DNA of 64,000 nt from Thecamonas trahens ATCC 50062. Taxonomy: Eukaryota > Protista > Apusomonadida. The translations under genes and the position numbers were made by a program. The DNA lies in contig NW_013657676.1 of the NCBI RefSeq assembly GCF_000142905.1, forward strand, positions 434,001 to 498,000, in the 5' to 3' direction. This document shows positions 1 through 10,974 of this stretch, in pieces; position 1 is the first letter of the stretch; each line of letters begins with the position of its first letter. The notes under the pieces were generated by a model. The model was not told the DNA's origin and made no database searches. It was given only the letters and a program-made list of their open reading frames with translations.

Positions 1-1
1 C

Positions 2-499
2 GCCTACGCGTACATGATGGTGGGCGCGACCGGGTTTGTGGCTGCGACGATGGCCAAGACTATGGTTGTGGACTTTGTTTCGACGATGTCTGCGTCTGCG
101 GATGTTCTGGCGCTGTCGTCGGTCGAGGTTGACGTCGCGTCGATCCCCGAGGGCAAGTCTGTCGTCGTCAAGTGGCGCGGCAAGCCGGTGTTCATCAAGC
201 ACCGGACCAAGGCTGACATTGACCGCGAGGGTGCGCTCGACACGTCGACGCTCCGCGACCCGGAAACCGATGCCATCCGCCACGCCCCGGGCCGCCCCGA
301 GTGGCTCGTCCTCCTTGCCATCTGCACCCATCTCGGCTGCGTGCCCATCGCCGGCCAGGGCGACTACAACGGCTACTTCTGCCCTTGCCACGGCTCGCAC
401 TACGACGGCTCCGGTCGCATCCGCAAGGGCCCGGCTCCGCGCAACCTCGAGATCCCCGAGTACACCTTTGTCTCGGACTCGGTGGTCAAGATCGGATAA
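2..499 (+). CDS. UQCRFS1: Cytochrome bc1 Rieske iron-sulfur protein (5' end outside window)
   Basis: CTHLGC and CPCHGSHY [2Fe-2S] boxes; KWRGKPVF and [12 protein letters not shown] motifs; frame is open from the window start. Confidence 0.97.
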   Translation, partial: AYAYMMVGATGFVAATMAKTMVVDFVSTMSASADVLALSSVEVDVASIPEGKSVVVKWRGKPVFIKHRTKADIDREGALDTSTLRDPETDAIRHAPGRPEWLVLLAICTHLGCVPIAGQGDYNGYFCPCHGSHYDGSGRIRKGPAPRNLEIPEYTFVSDSVVKIG

Positions 500-648
500 T
501 CGGTCGAGGCGCTCTTCAACAATGAACACCAGCTCCCTCTCCTTCCAAACTGGCGCTCGCCGCATTCAGCCAGGCTCGTGCTGCGGCTTCCATGCCTCCG
601 CAATCCGCTCTCGACCTCGACCCATACCTGCACGCTTGTCTCGGCACC

Positions 649-3562
649 ATGCTCCGGCTGGTGTACTCACTGGCACTGGTTGTCATCCTAGCCATAGCCG
701 TCAATGGACGCGGCCTCTTCTACGGCCTGCAGACAGATCACATCATCCCTGGACCTCCTGGCCGTACGTCACTATCCCCTACCTCGTCTCCAGCCATGGC
801 TGCGGCAAGCTTCTAATTCAAACTCGCACGTGCTGCGTGCCATCATCACCCGGACCCGAAACCTGCCCCCCCCCTTTGACACACACACACACAGTGCATA
901 TTGCTGTCATCAAATGGGGGGAGAGGAAGGGGGTAGGAGAGGGGGGGGGGGGTAAGAGAAGGTTGCAGGGGGTGGGGATGGGGGACCAAAGGGAAGGGAG
1001 GGGGGAGGGGGGGGGGGCCTGGCTGGCCATAGCTGCCGCGTGACCTGGCGACATGGCGACATCATTTGGTTGATGGCGTCGCCCTGGTGATGGTGTGAAT
1101 GGGACTGACTGGTGATGATGATGATGACTTTGGGACTCCGGGGGGAGGGGAGGTTAGACAATCAGTTTGGCCGCGAAGTCTTTGACGCCAAGGACATCAA
1201 CAACGATGGAAACGCCGACATGATTACACGGCAGTACGGATCGCCATCGCGTGAGGCCAAGCATGTAGGGCCTGTGGCACTCTACCTTGGCCCACTCGAT
1301 GCGGTGGCCTCGGCAGACGACTATGACTTCTCTTTCCAGCCAAAGGTGGGCGTGAACGGATCGTACCATGCTCGGTTTGGCGAGCTGGTGGTGACCGGCG
1401 ACGTCAATCACGACGGCTACGACGATCTGATCATGTCGTCGCAGGTGACGATTACAGCATACGTGTACGTGTTCTTTGGGCCGTTCACTAAGGCTCCGGA
1501 CGGGAGCGCGCGCAAGGTCAACCTCACGCTCGCTGACGCAGACATTGTGCTCAACGGAGATCCGTTGACGACAGGCTCGACGTTTGGCCACGCCATTGTT
1601 GTGTGCGAGGTCGACTCGGTGCCCGGCATGGATCTGGTGATCGGCGACCCAACGTTCAATGTCTCGGGCACCGACACCAAGGAGGGCGCCATCTTTGTGT
1701 ATACCGGGCCGCTGACAGGGACCCAGTACTCGGTGGCCGATGCGAGCCTCGCGCTCGAAGGCACCATTGTCGACGCGAAGTTTTCCGACACGCTGCGGTG
1801 TGCAGACGTCAACGGCGTGCCCGGCGATGAGCTCATCGTTGCCGAGCCGGGCTATGGCTCAGCGGCGGGCCGGGTGCTTATTTTCGACGATTTGCACGCC
1901 GGCGGCCGCATCTCGGCCCAGTTTGTGGGGCCGCTCATCTCAACTGTCTTTCCCGTCCCGAGTGGCGGAAACATCACGCTCATGATTCCCAACGGCTTTG
2001 CCAACGCCATCGACGTCGTCGACTTTAACGGCGATGGCGAGAACGACGTCATTATTGCCTGCTACCAATACCCGACGTTTAACGACGCGGATCCGGACGA
2101 CGTCATGCGCGGCGAGGTGTACGTCTTCTGGGGCCCATTCGGCTCGGCGCGCGCCGCCGACGATCCTTACACTCGCGAGACCGCCAATGTCATCATTGCC
2201 GGTGTCGAGCGCAACGAAATGGTCGCCGGCGGCGTGCTCGGTGTCCCGTCGCTCAACCCGGACGGCATCAACGATCTGGTCCTCGCCATGCCGCACTACG
2301 GCCGACTCCGCGGCAAACTCGTCATTTTCCATGGCCTCAACGTCTCGTCCGACCACCCGCAGATCCGGCTGACGACCAAGCAGGCCAACGCGGTGCTCCA
2401 TGGCGCGCGGAGCCAGGCCGGGTTTGGCTACTCGATGGCCTACGCCGGGTTCGTGTCGAACCAGACCCACTCGGCGTTGCTCATCTCCTCACCATTTGCG
2501 CCCGACGGCTTCTCCGTCGGCCGGGTCTCGCTTGTACAGCAAGTTCCCACGGCATGCCCGTACTACGGGACATGCAAGTCGTGCGTCGACGCGGGATGCG
2601 TGTGGTGCAAGGGCGACGACACGTGCACTTTTGCCTCGCCGTCGGCGTCGATCACCTGCCCCGGTAACGACATCACTCTTCTTCCCAAGCACTGCCCTGG
2701 CTTCAACTACCGCGAGCTGTTCATTGCCATTGCGCTCGCCACCGGGGTCTGCTTTGGTCTCGGCCTTCTTGCGTCGCGGCTCAAGCGGCTTTGTTGCTCC
2801 GAGGACGCGTTCCAGCGCGAGGCCCGGCTGAAGAAGCAAGCCGACGCCGCCGCCGACGACGCCCGCCGCGCCAAACTCCACGCCTCGCTCCAGGTCACCG
2901 TCGAAGACATCATGTACGGCCGCGGCGACGGCTTTGGGCCGGCCTTGGACTTTGGCTCCATCAACTCGGACGGTGGGCCGGTGCGGGTTGTCGGCGCCGA
3001 CCGGATCCAGCAGCTCTACTCTGGCGAGCTTGACGACGTTGTCGCCGCCGCCGTCGCCGTCGCCTCCTCGCCCGTCGATGACGGCTCGGTCGACCTCAGC
3101 TCGCCAGGTAAGGGTGTCGGCGCCTCGTCTTCTGCCGCCGCTTCCCGCCCGCCTGTCCCCATCCGGCTCAACTCGACGGGCTCCATCGCTACACTCTCGT
3201 CGACTGACGACGATCTGGCGCACAACATGGCCACTTTTTCCAAGCGCAAGGGCAAGAACCTCTCGGTCAACGTCTCGGGCGAACTGATATCGTCCACCGG
3301 CTCGCTCACCACGCCCTCGCCGCTCGCCACGCCGACCACCCCCAAGCTCCGCTCTCCGCAGCGCCACCACCGGTACAACTCGGACTCGTCCACAGGCTCG
3401 ACGGGCGCTTCAGGCGTCGGCATGCCGCCGACCCCCACGTCCGGCCGCCGCGGCTACTTTGCCGCCGCGCCTCCTCCTTCCCCTGCAGCTCCTGCCTCGC
3501 TGCCCACCGGCGCGCCTCCAATTCCGCCCAAGCCGGACGCGCCGAGCGAGGCCAGACTCTAA
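649..3562 (+). CDS. Single-pass receptor: signal peptide, 7 FG-GAP repeats, PSI domain, TM, long Ser/Pro-rich tail; exons 649-763 and 1158-3562
   Basis: Exon 1 encodes a signal peptide (MLRLVYSLALVVILAIAV). The GTACGT donor at 764 and TAG acceptor at 1157 are phase-compatible (c+ac=His). Loops DINNDGNAD, DVNHDGYDD, DFNGDGEND and SLNPDGIND; 8-Cys CxxCxxxxCxWC module; TM ELFIAIALATGVCFGLGLLA. Confidence 0.85.
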
Positions 3563-3567
3563 ACCTC

Positions 3568-4341
3568 TCACAGTGCAGCCACAAGTGCAGCTACACGCTC
3601 GCATGCCGCCACAGGCAGCTCCAAGCCCTCGTCCTCAGACTCGGCTGCCGCAAACGCACGAACCGCAGCCACATCCAGCACCTCGACCGCAGCCACCAGC
3701 TCGCTCCGCGTCGAGCTCGGCGGCAGCGCGCCGACCGCTAGCCTAAGCTCCAGAACCTTGTTCGGCGCAGCGAGCGCTCTCTTTCCGCCCTTGGCCAGCG
3801 CACGCATCGCACGCACCACCTCGCGCACGGCGCGCGTCCGGGTCTGAGGCCGTGCCGCCGCGGCAAGGGCTTGGAAGCCGGCGACATCGATCGTCGCCGC
3901 CGGCTCGGCCGCCGCCGGCTCGGCCGCCACCGCCGGTTCGGGCAGGCTCGGGGCCCGACTCTTGGGCTCGGCCGACGGGCGAGCCGCCGCCGTTGGTGTG
4001 GCCATCCCCCACCCAGCGTCCTGGCTCTGGCTCGTCGGCACGGGTGCCTCAGTCGTCGTTGCTTGCCACCCGCCCATCGCCGGCGTTCCCCCCGTCGCCG
4101 TCGTTGTCGCTGATGCCACAGGCGTCGCCGTCGACCAGCCTCCTTCAGCCGCGCCCCATTCAGCTGCCGCACCCACTGCAGTCGGCGCACCCGATCTTTG
4201 TACGGTAGCCGGCACCGCTGCAGCAGGAGTCGTCCACCCGTCGCTCGCCGGCGGCGCAGCTGCAGCAGCAGCAGGTGTTGCCGACTGGCTGGGCGTCACC
4301 CAGCCCGCCCCGGTCTCCCACGAGCCCCAGTTGTCAGCCAT
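3568..4341 (-). CDS. Hypothetical Ala/Thr-rich protein with GW/WG repeats
   Basis: ORF from MADNWGSW with about 7 GW/WG dipeptides in a low-complexity N-terminal half and a helical-looking C-terminus; converges tail-to-tail with the upstream gene. Confidence 0.6.
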   Translation of the reverse strand: MADNWGSWETGAGWVTPSQSATPAAAAAAPPASDGWTTPAAAVPATVQRSGAPTAVGAAAEWGAAEGGWSTATPVASATTTATGGTPAMGGWQATTTEAPVPTSQSQDAGWGMATPTAAARPSAEPKSRAPSLPEPAVAAEPAAAEPAATIDVAGFQALAAAARPQTRTRAVREVVRAMRALAKGGKRALAAPNKVLELRLAVGALPPSSTRSELVAAVEVLDVAAVRAFAAAESEDEGLELPVAACERVAALVAAL

Positions 4342-5100
4342 GTCTACAGCACTCTGAATGTGTGGGTGGCTGGTGCAGAACCGAGTCAAGTGACACACAC
4401 CACAGACAGAGGTCAAAGGCGGTAAGTTAGTCAGTTAGTCTCGCGGGCTGTCGCCGTGGTCGTCGGTGGTTGGGCGCGCGCTGGCGAAGAAGCTCATTCG
4501 GCCAATTCGGCCCGCCGCCGCCGCCACCAGCTGCCTCCCAACAGCGCCATCTCCGCCACCCACTCACCACCAACAGCGATCAAAGGAGCCATGCCATCAC
4601 ACACACAATCACACACCACAGGCCCCGCTCAGGTGCAACCACGGCCTGGTCATGGCCATGTCATTGATACCGCCAAACCTATGCCATTACCTGCCCGACC
4701 CGCATTGTCTGACTCTCTGCCCACCCGCGAATTGGGCATTGTCACTCGGTGGGGAAATTCCCTCGACTGTCGTTCGCCAGGTCGCGTCACACCCTCTCGG
4801 TGGAAGGGGCGTGGGGGGGGAGGGGGGGGGAGGGGCCTGGGCAGAGGGTCAACACCACCACTTGACAACAGACATATATCATGGTAGGCATTCAACAGAA
4901 GACGATGATGGCAATGACAGCAATGGCGTGCTAGGGAAAGGGGGGGCCACAATTGGCGGCTTTGTTTGTTGTTGGGGTCGAGGGCGGGGGCGGGGGGGGG
5001 GGGGGGGGGGCGGAGCGAGGGATCGCTACCGCACTCTCTGCACACGGCCACAGCACCAAGGCGGTGGAGGGGGGGCTGAGAGTTGGACTCACCACGGGCT

Positions 5101-5997
5101 ATGGCGGAGAACGTGCAGGCGGAGACAACTCAAGCCGACTACATGGTGTTTGGGAAGACCGGGTGGATTGGTGGCAAGCTCATTGAGCTGCTGAAGGAGC
5201 AGGGCAAGTCGGTCCATGCTGCCGAGTCGCGGCTGGAGAACCGTGAGGCGGTGGCGGCCGAGCTCGATGCTGTGCAGCCCAAGTATGTGCTCAACGCTGC
5301 CGGGCTGACCGGCCGGCCGAACGTGGACTGGTGCGAGTCGCACAAGCATGATGTGCTCCGGGTCAATGTCGCAGGCACACTGCTCCTTGCTGACCTCACC
5401 CGCGAGCGCTCCATCCCCTGTGCCATGTTTGCCACCGGGTGCATCTACTACTACGACGACGCCCACCCCATCGGCTCGTCGGGCTTTACCGAGGACGACG
5501 AGCCCAACTTTGACGGCTCGTTCTACTCAGAGACCAAGGCTGTTGTCGAAAAGTACCTGCGCCTGTACGAGAACGTCCTTGTTCTTCGCCTCCGCATGCC
5601 CATCTCGGACGATCTCCACCCGCGGTCGTTTGTCACCAAGATCTCAAAGTACGAGAAGGTCGTCAACGTGCCCAACTCGATGACTATCCTGCACGACCTA
5701 CTCCCGGTCTCCATCGACATGATCGAGAAGGGTCTCGCCGGCGTCTTCAACTTTACCAACCCGGGCGCTATCTCCCACAACGAGGTCCTTGACCTCTACG
5801 CCGAGATCGTCGACCCGACCTTCACCTACAAGAACTTTACCGTCGACGAGTGCAACTCCATTCTCGCCTGCAAGCGCTCCAACAACACCCTTGACACCTC
5901 CAAGCTCACCGCCATCTACCCCGACATTCCCGAGGTCCATGACGCCATGCGCGCTGTCTTTACCCGGATGAAGGCCGCCATGGACGCCGAGGCCTAA
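5101..5997 (+). CDS. Bifunctional NDP-4-keto-6-deoxyglucose 3,5-epimerase/4-reductase (NRS/ER, UER1-type; rhamnose synthesis)
   Basis: Motifs FGKTGWIGG, NAAGLTGRPNVDWCE, SFYSETK, LRLRMPI, FTNPGAISHNEVL and RSNNTLD. Confidence 0.93.
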   Translation: MAENVQAETTQADYMVFGKTGWIGGKLIELLKEQGKSVHAAESRLENREAVAAELDAVQPKYVLNAAGLTGRPNVDWCESHKHDVLRVNVAGTLLLADLTRERSIPCAMFATGCIYYYDDAHPIGSSGFTEDDEPNFDGSFYSETKAVVEKYLRLYENVLVLRLRMPISDDLHPRSFVTKISKYEKVVNVPNSMTILHDLLPVSIDMIEKGLAGVFNFTNPGAISHNEVLDLYAEIVDPTFTYKNFTVDECNSILACKRSNNTLDTSKLTAIYPDIPEVHDAMRAVFTRMKAAMDAEA

Positions 5998-6104
5998 TCG
6001 ACCTCTACTCCTCCCATCTCCCGCTAAGTAAGCTGCCCTGTTGACGCAGCACCTAAGTAACACGCGACGCTCTCGCTACGTGCTCAGCCCCGAGCCGGCA
6101 GCGG

Positions 6105-8576
6105 TCAACGCGCCACGCACCGCGAGAAGAACGCGCTCACGTGCGCCACATGAACCGCGGACGCCACAACCTCCTCCACAAACTCGCCAAACAGCACGTC
6201 GCGCGGCACAGGATCGAGGTGCCACACCAGCGTCGCTACCTCGCTCGCCACAGACTCGATATCTGCCTCCGCCCACCGCGGCAGCAACTCGCTCTCGCCG
6301 CACAGCTCTGCGGTCGGCGCCGCCGATCCGCCGGCCGCCCAAAAGTCGGGCGCAAACGCGTGGTATCGCGACGCCACCAGCGCCCGCGCCCACGGACCCG
6401 CACGCCCCGGACCCACCACAGCCTCGACGAGCGACCGCACAAGTGCCACCGCCACACGCGCTCGCACGCCAGGCTTGGCCTTGGCCCGTGCATCGTCGAT
6501 CGGTAGCCGCAGCCCGTACACCCGGTTCATCACCTCATACGTCTCAGTCATTCGCGAGAACGACGCCAGCGAGACCGACTGTGCGTGCGAGACAACGTGG
6601 TGCCACCAGTACGGCGGCACAAAAAGCACGTCGCCGGCCTGAAGCTTGGCCTCGTACACCACCGTGTTTGGTGCAAAGTCTGGAAACGTGGCCAGATCCG
6701 GTGCGTCAAAGTCTACCTGCGACTTGTGCCACAACGGGTGGATCCGTGGATACGGATGCATGCTACTGTGGCTGTAGTCAGGAAACATGAAAAAGGTCTT
6801 GTTCCCCGTCACTTGCGCGTAGTAGTTGTAGTCCATGTCGTAGTGGAGATGCGTCGCCGTCCTGTGCGACCCGATCCAAAAGTACTGCATGAACCGCGCG
6901 GCGTCGGCCCTCGTTCGGAAGACCAGCTCGTTCGGTTGGACGTCGTCAACAAGCTGCGGATCCATTTCCGCAAAGTGTTGCAGCTGCTGGTTACCCGGCG
7001 GGTCAAAGACATCGCTCCAGAACCGGCTCGCCCCGTCCGTCCCTGTGTAGTTGACAGCCTCGTACTCGGTCAGCAGATTGAGCGTGCGCAGTTGCGCCAT
7101 CGACTGCTTCAAGTCGACGTCGTAGAACTTAAAGTCGCCGCTGCCGTCGGCGACGTCGTTGCAGGCTGCGCCGCGGTGAATCTTGACTTGGCGCATCGGC
7201 CGGGCGTCCTCGCGCCCGCCGAGATACTCTGCGTTCCACTTGCGCACACCTGCCCACCGTGCAGCCACTGTCCCGCGCAGGATGACCGGATGCGAGCCGC
7301 GGACAAACTCGGCCGCAAACGGCTCGTCCGGATGCCACTGTAGGACCGGCACACTCCGCCGCGCCGAGTGTTCGTCCTTGCCGTACGAGTGCGCCCGCGC
7401 CGAGGTGAGGAGGAGCGGACGGAGCCGGCTCGGCCCGCCGCGCCGGCTGGCAAGCTCAGATGCAAACGCCTCACGCGTGAGCGTCGGGTGCACGTCGTCC
7501 CACTGCGGATGCTCCGTTGCGTTGGCCCCAAACCCTGCCGGGTAATGAGCCTCGACCATGTGCCCTAGGCACGGCAGCTTCGTCACATCCGGCGGCGGGA
7601 CCAGGACCTGGTCCATCCTGCCAGGCGGGGCAGGAAGCTCGAGCGACGTGAAGCGCAGAGCCGCCGTCGAGTCGCGGCCGCCGGCACCGGCTCCGCCGCC
7701 CTCTGCCTCGGCGTTCTCGGCGTCGTCCTCGTCGTCATCGTCGTCGTCGTCCCACAGCGAGGCGTCGATTCCGTACGCGTCTAGCACATTGCTTGTGGCC
7801 TGTGTCGATGTCCTCTGCTCAGCAGCACTTGCGGCAGAGTCCAGCTCGGCGTCGAGCGCACACAGCGTGCGCAGAGAGAGAGTCCGGGTCCACACTCCGC
7901 GAGCAAGGCATGCTTCCTGCAGCGACAGCGGCTCGTCCGGCTCGCGAGCGGCAACCACCTGCGCAAGCGTGGCGCCGAGCGACAAGTGTGTCAGATCATT
8001 GTACACACTGTCGGCCTCGGGATTGCCAAACCCAACCAAGCTTCCCCTCTCGCTCACCACCACAAGCGTAAGCGAGGTGCCCGACGCCGCCAGGGCGCCG
8101 GCAACTACCTCCACCGCCTCCGATCCGGCCGCCGCCACACTGTGGCCCGCGTCAAGCCCTGCCACCGCCACCACATGATGGTAGCGGGAGGCACCAGACA
8201 TAGATCGAGCTTCGGCAAGCCACGGCTCGTCGCCGCAGTCGTCCACCAGCGGAGGGCCGGGCGGGAACGGCTCGGCAGCTGCGCGATCGGCTACGCCAGC
8301 CAGCACTCCCAGCAGCGAGTCAGACGGTGCCACGACCGGTGCCCGCATCGCATATCCTGCCCCTCGCAACTGCTTCTCCACCACTGCCACCGCTTGGGCC
8401 ACCAGTGCGTTGTCGTCACCCCACACGCCGACATCGACGACCATATGAACAATTCCCTTGACGACCGCCACCGCCTCGTCGACCTCGCCCACCTCGCCCG
8501 CGCCGTCCACCAGAGCCACCAGAGCCACCAGAGCCACCAAAGCCACCAAAGCCACCACTGCTGTATTCCTCCACAT
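6105..8576 (-). CDS. JmjC (cupin-8 type) 2-oxoglutarate oxygenase with N-terminal signal peptide
   Basis: WIG...THLHYD...YAQVTGNKTF...LQAGDVLFVPPYWWHHV gives the HxD...H iron triad; hydrophobic (VAL)n N-terminus. Confidence 0.88.
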   Translation of the reverse strand: MWRNTAVVALVALVALVALVALVDGAGEVGEVDEAVAVVKGIVHMVVDVGVWGDDNALVAQAVAVVEKQLRGAGYAMRAPVVAPSDSLLGVLAGVADRAAAEPFPPGPPLVDDCGDEPWLAEARSMSGASRYHHVVAVAGLDAGHSVAAAGSEAVEVVAGALAASGTSLTLVVVSERGSLVGFGNPEADSVYNDLTHLSLGATLAQVVAAREPDEPLSLQEACLARGVWTRTLSLRTLCALDAELDSAASAAEQRTSTQATSNVLDAYGIDASLWDDDDDDDEDDAENAEAEGGGAGAGGRDSTAALRFTSLELPAPPGRMDQVLVPPPDVTKLPCLGHMVEAHYPAGFGANATEHPQWDDVHPTLTREAFASELASRRGGPSRLRPLLLTSARAHSYGKDEHSARRSVPVLQWHPDEPFAAEFVRGSHPVILRGTVAARWAGVRKWNAEYLGGREDARPMRQVKIHRGAACNDVADGSGDFKFYDVDLKQSMAQLRTLNLLTEYEAVNYTGTDGASRFWSDVFDPPGNQQLQHFAEMDPQLVDDVQPNELVFRTRADAARFMQYFWIGSHRTATHLHYDMDYNYYAQVTGNKTFFMFPDYSHSSMHPYPRIHPLWHKSQVDFDAPDLATFPDFAPNTVVYEAKLQAGDVLFVPPYWWHHVVSHAQSVSLASFSRMTETYEVMNRVYGLRLPIDDARAKAKPGVRARVAVALVRSLVEAVVGPGRAGPWARALVASRYHAFAPDFWAAGGSAAPTAELCGESELLPRWAEADIESVASEVATLVWHLDPVPRDVLFGEFVEEVVASAVHVAHVSAFFSRCVAR

Positions 8577-9039
8577 GTACACTCTTCCTGTACCTGTACC
8601 TTCCTTCACTCTGCCTCTAGCCACAAGACAAGTTACCTCGCCTCACCAGCAGTCACCAACCACCACCGGCCGCATGGCGCCACCGCCACTGCCGCCCCTG
8701 GCCATCTCCGAGCACCACAGCCACCCACCCACACACCCATACCTCCATCCATCCATCCATCCGTCCGTCCGTCCATCCGTCCGTCCTTTCCACCACCCCC
8801 CCCCCCCCCCCCCTCCCTCCCTTACCTCTACCCCTACATCATCCTGATCGCACTCTTCTCCCGTCAGTCCGACTTGTCGGCAGCCAGTCTGTGGTGGCGG
8901 GGCGGAGTGGCGGGGGCCGACTGAGCAAGTGGGCCTCAGCCTTCCATCCTGCCTGTGGCCCAGCCAGCACGCCAACCGGCCAGCCACCGGCCTCCGCCCA
9001 CCCTCACACTCAACGCCGTGCCCGACACTCAAAGCCGTC

Positions 9040-10708
9040 ATGCCGCGTAATCGTGCCAACCGTGCGGGCGAGAAGGCCCGGCACGACCCGCTGGCTACCC
9101 AGCTGCGCAAGGACGAGATCCTTGTGGACGACGAAGAGGCGGCGGCGACGGGCGGAGGAACTGGCGACGCCAAGGCCACACGCAAGCGCCGCAAGCGCCG
9201 CATTCGCAAGAAGGAGGCGGCCAACGAAACGGTACGTAGGTTAGAATCCCCCCTCTACATCCCTAAGGACATGGTGCATGCCATGCTCGTTCGCATGCCT
9301 CTGGACGGGTCGGGGTTGCCGCGGGGTGGCGGGATGGGAGGATTGGCCTGGATGGGGGGGGGGAAGTAGGAGAGGCGGGCTGACCGGCGTCGACTCACAT
9401 GAGAGCATGTGTGGGGGAGGAACAGAACGAGTCGTATGTGGAAGAGGCGCTGGCAAAGCGAATCATGAAGCAGGCTGAGGACCAGCGGCGGGAGGAGGAG
9501 ATGGAGCAGATGCAGCGCGGCTCGTCGGCGGCGATCGAGTTCCCGGAAGATCCCTTGCCCGAGCCCAAGATGTTTGCCTACGAGTCGGACGGCGAGGACT
9601 CGGTCTTCTCCGAGGACGAAGACAACTACCTCAACGACGTGGACAAGCTCTCGCCAGCTGACGAGCGGCTGCTCTCGATGTTTACTGCCGGGTCGTCCGG
9701 CGCCCGCGCCACCCCGGCCCGCAACTTGGCCGACATCATCGAGGCGCGGCTGCGCGAGCGCGAGGGCGCCATCACGCTCGGCGGCTCGGCCGTGGACGTC
9801 GGTGAGCGCCTTGGGGCCTCGCTGCCGAAAAAGGTAGTCAAGGCCTACCGCATTGTCGGGCGTGTGCTCAAGGACTACCGCTCGGGCAAGCTGCCCAAGG
9901 CGTTCAAGATCATCCCTGCGCTCGAGAACTGGGAGGACATTGTGTTCATCACCAACCCGTCCGAGTGGTCCAAGCACGCCATGTACCAAGCCGTCAAGGT
10001 CTTTGCCTCGAACCTCAACGCCAAGATGGCTCAGCGGTTCTTCAACCTTGTCCTCCTCCCCTGCGTCCGCGAGGACATCTCGGAGCATCGCAAGCTCAAC
10101 TTCCACCTGTACCAGGCACTCCGGAAGGCGCTCTACAAGCCTGCCGCCTTCTACAAGGGCTTTCTCCTTCCGCTGCTGGAAGAGGGCTGCTCCGTCCGCG
10201 AGGCCCTCATTGTCGCCTCGGTCGTCAAGAAGTCCCGCATCCCCATGCTTCATTCGGCCGCCGCCATGCTGCGCATGATGGAGCTTCCCTACTCGGGTCC
10301 GGTCACCATCATGCTCCACACCCTGGTCGACAAAAGTACGCCCTCCCGCTCCGTGTAGTCGACGCCCTCGTCCAGTTCTTCGTTACCTTCCGTGACGTCG
10401 ACCAGGAGATGCCGCTGGTCTGGCACCGTGCCCTCCTCACCTTTGCCGAGCGCTACCGCAGCGATCTGCAGGACTTCCAGCTTGAGCTCCTCCGCCAGCT
10501 CCTGCACATTCAGCAACACGAGTACCTCACCGAAGACATCCGTCGCGCCCTCTTCAACAAGCGCCGCGACGGATCTGGCCCCGGCCCCTCGGCGGACATG
10601 TCTGCCGCTCCCTTTGAGGGCTATGAGATCGCCGCCGGCCCGGCCCCGGTCTCCATGGCCAAGGCTCCGACCTTTTCCACTCCGCTCACCATGGACACCA
10701 ACGTCTAA
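9040..10708 (+). CDS. BYSL: Bystin/Enp1 (40S biogenesis); exons 9040-9231 and 9426-10708; 1-nt frameshift near 10333
   Basis: YRSGKLPKAFKIIP, LNFHLYQALRKALYKPAAF and (K)KYALPLRVVDALV...PLVWH. Phase-0 intron GTACGT..CAG at 9232-9425. The conserved DKKYALP needs one more A in the AAAA run. Confidence 0.95.
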
Positions 10709-10974
10709 ACACATGTCAAACAACCAAGCGGGCAACCATGCGAAGCAACTTTTCCTCCTCCCCGAACCATCGTCTGCCTCCTTCATAGCCATCGCCGAAA
10801 CCGGTAGGGGCGTGCGCCGAGCGCCGAGACAGACACGACACACTCATGCCCCCTCCACCCACCCGCACCCCCCGCACACACACACACACACACACACACA
10901 TACCTCACCTTCACACACCTTCACACCTTTCCACCGCTCCACCACTTTTTTCCGCTCCCTGCACAACAGCAGCC

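Noticed and set aside
10330-10340. Programmed -1 slippery site in bystin
   Set aside because: CAAAAG is not an X XXY YYZ heptamer; a sequencing error is more parsimonious.
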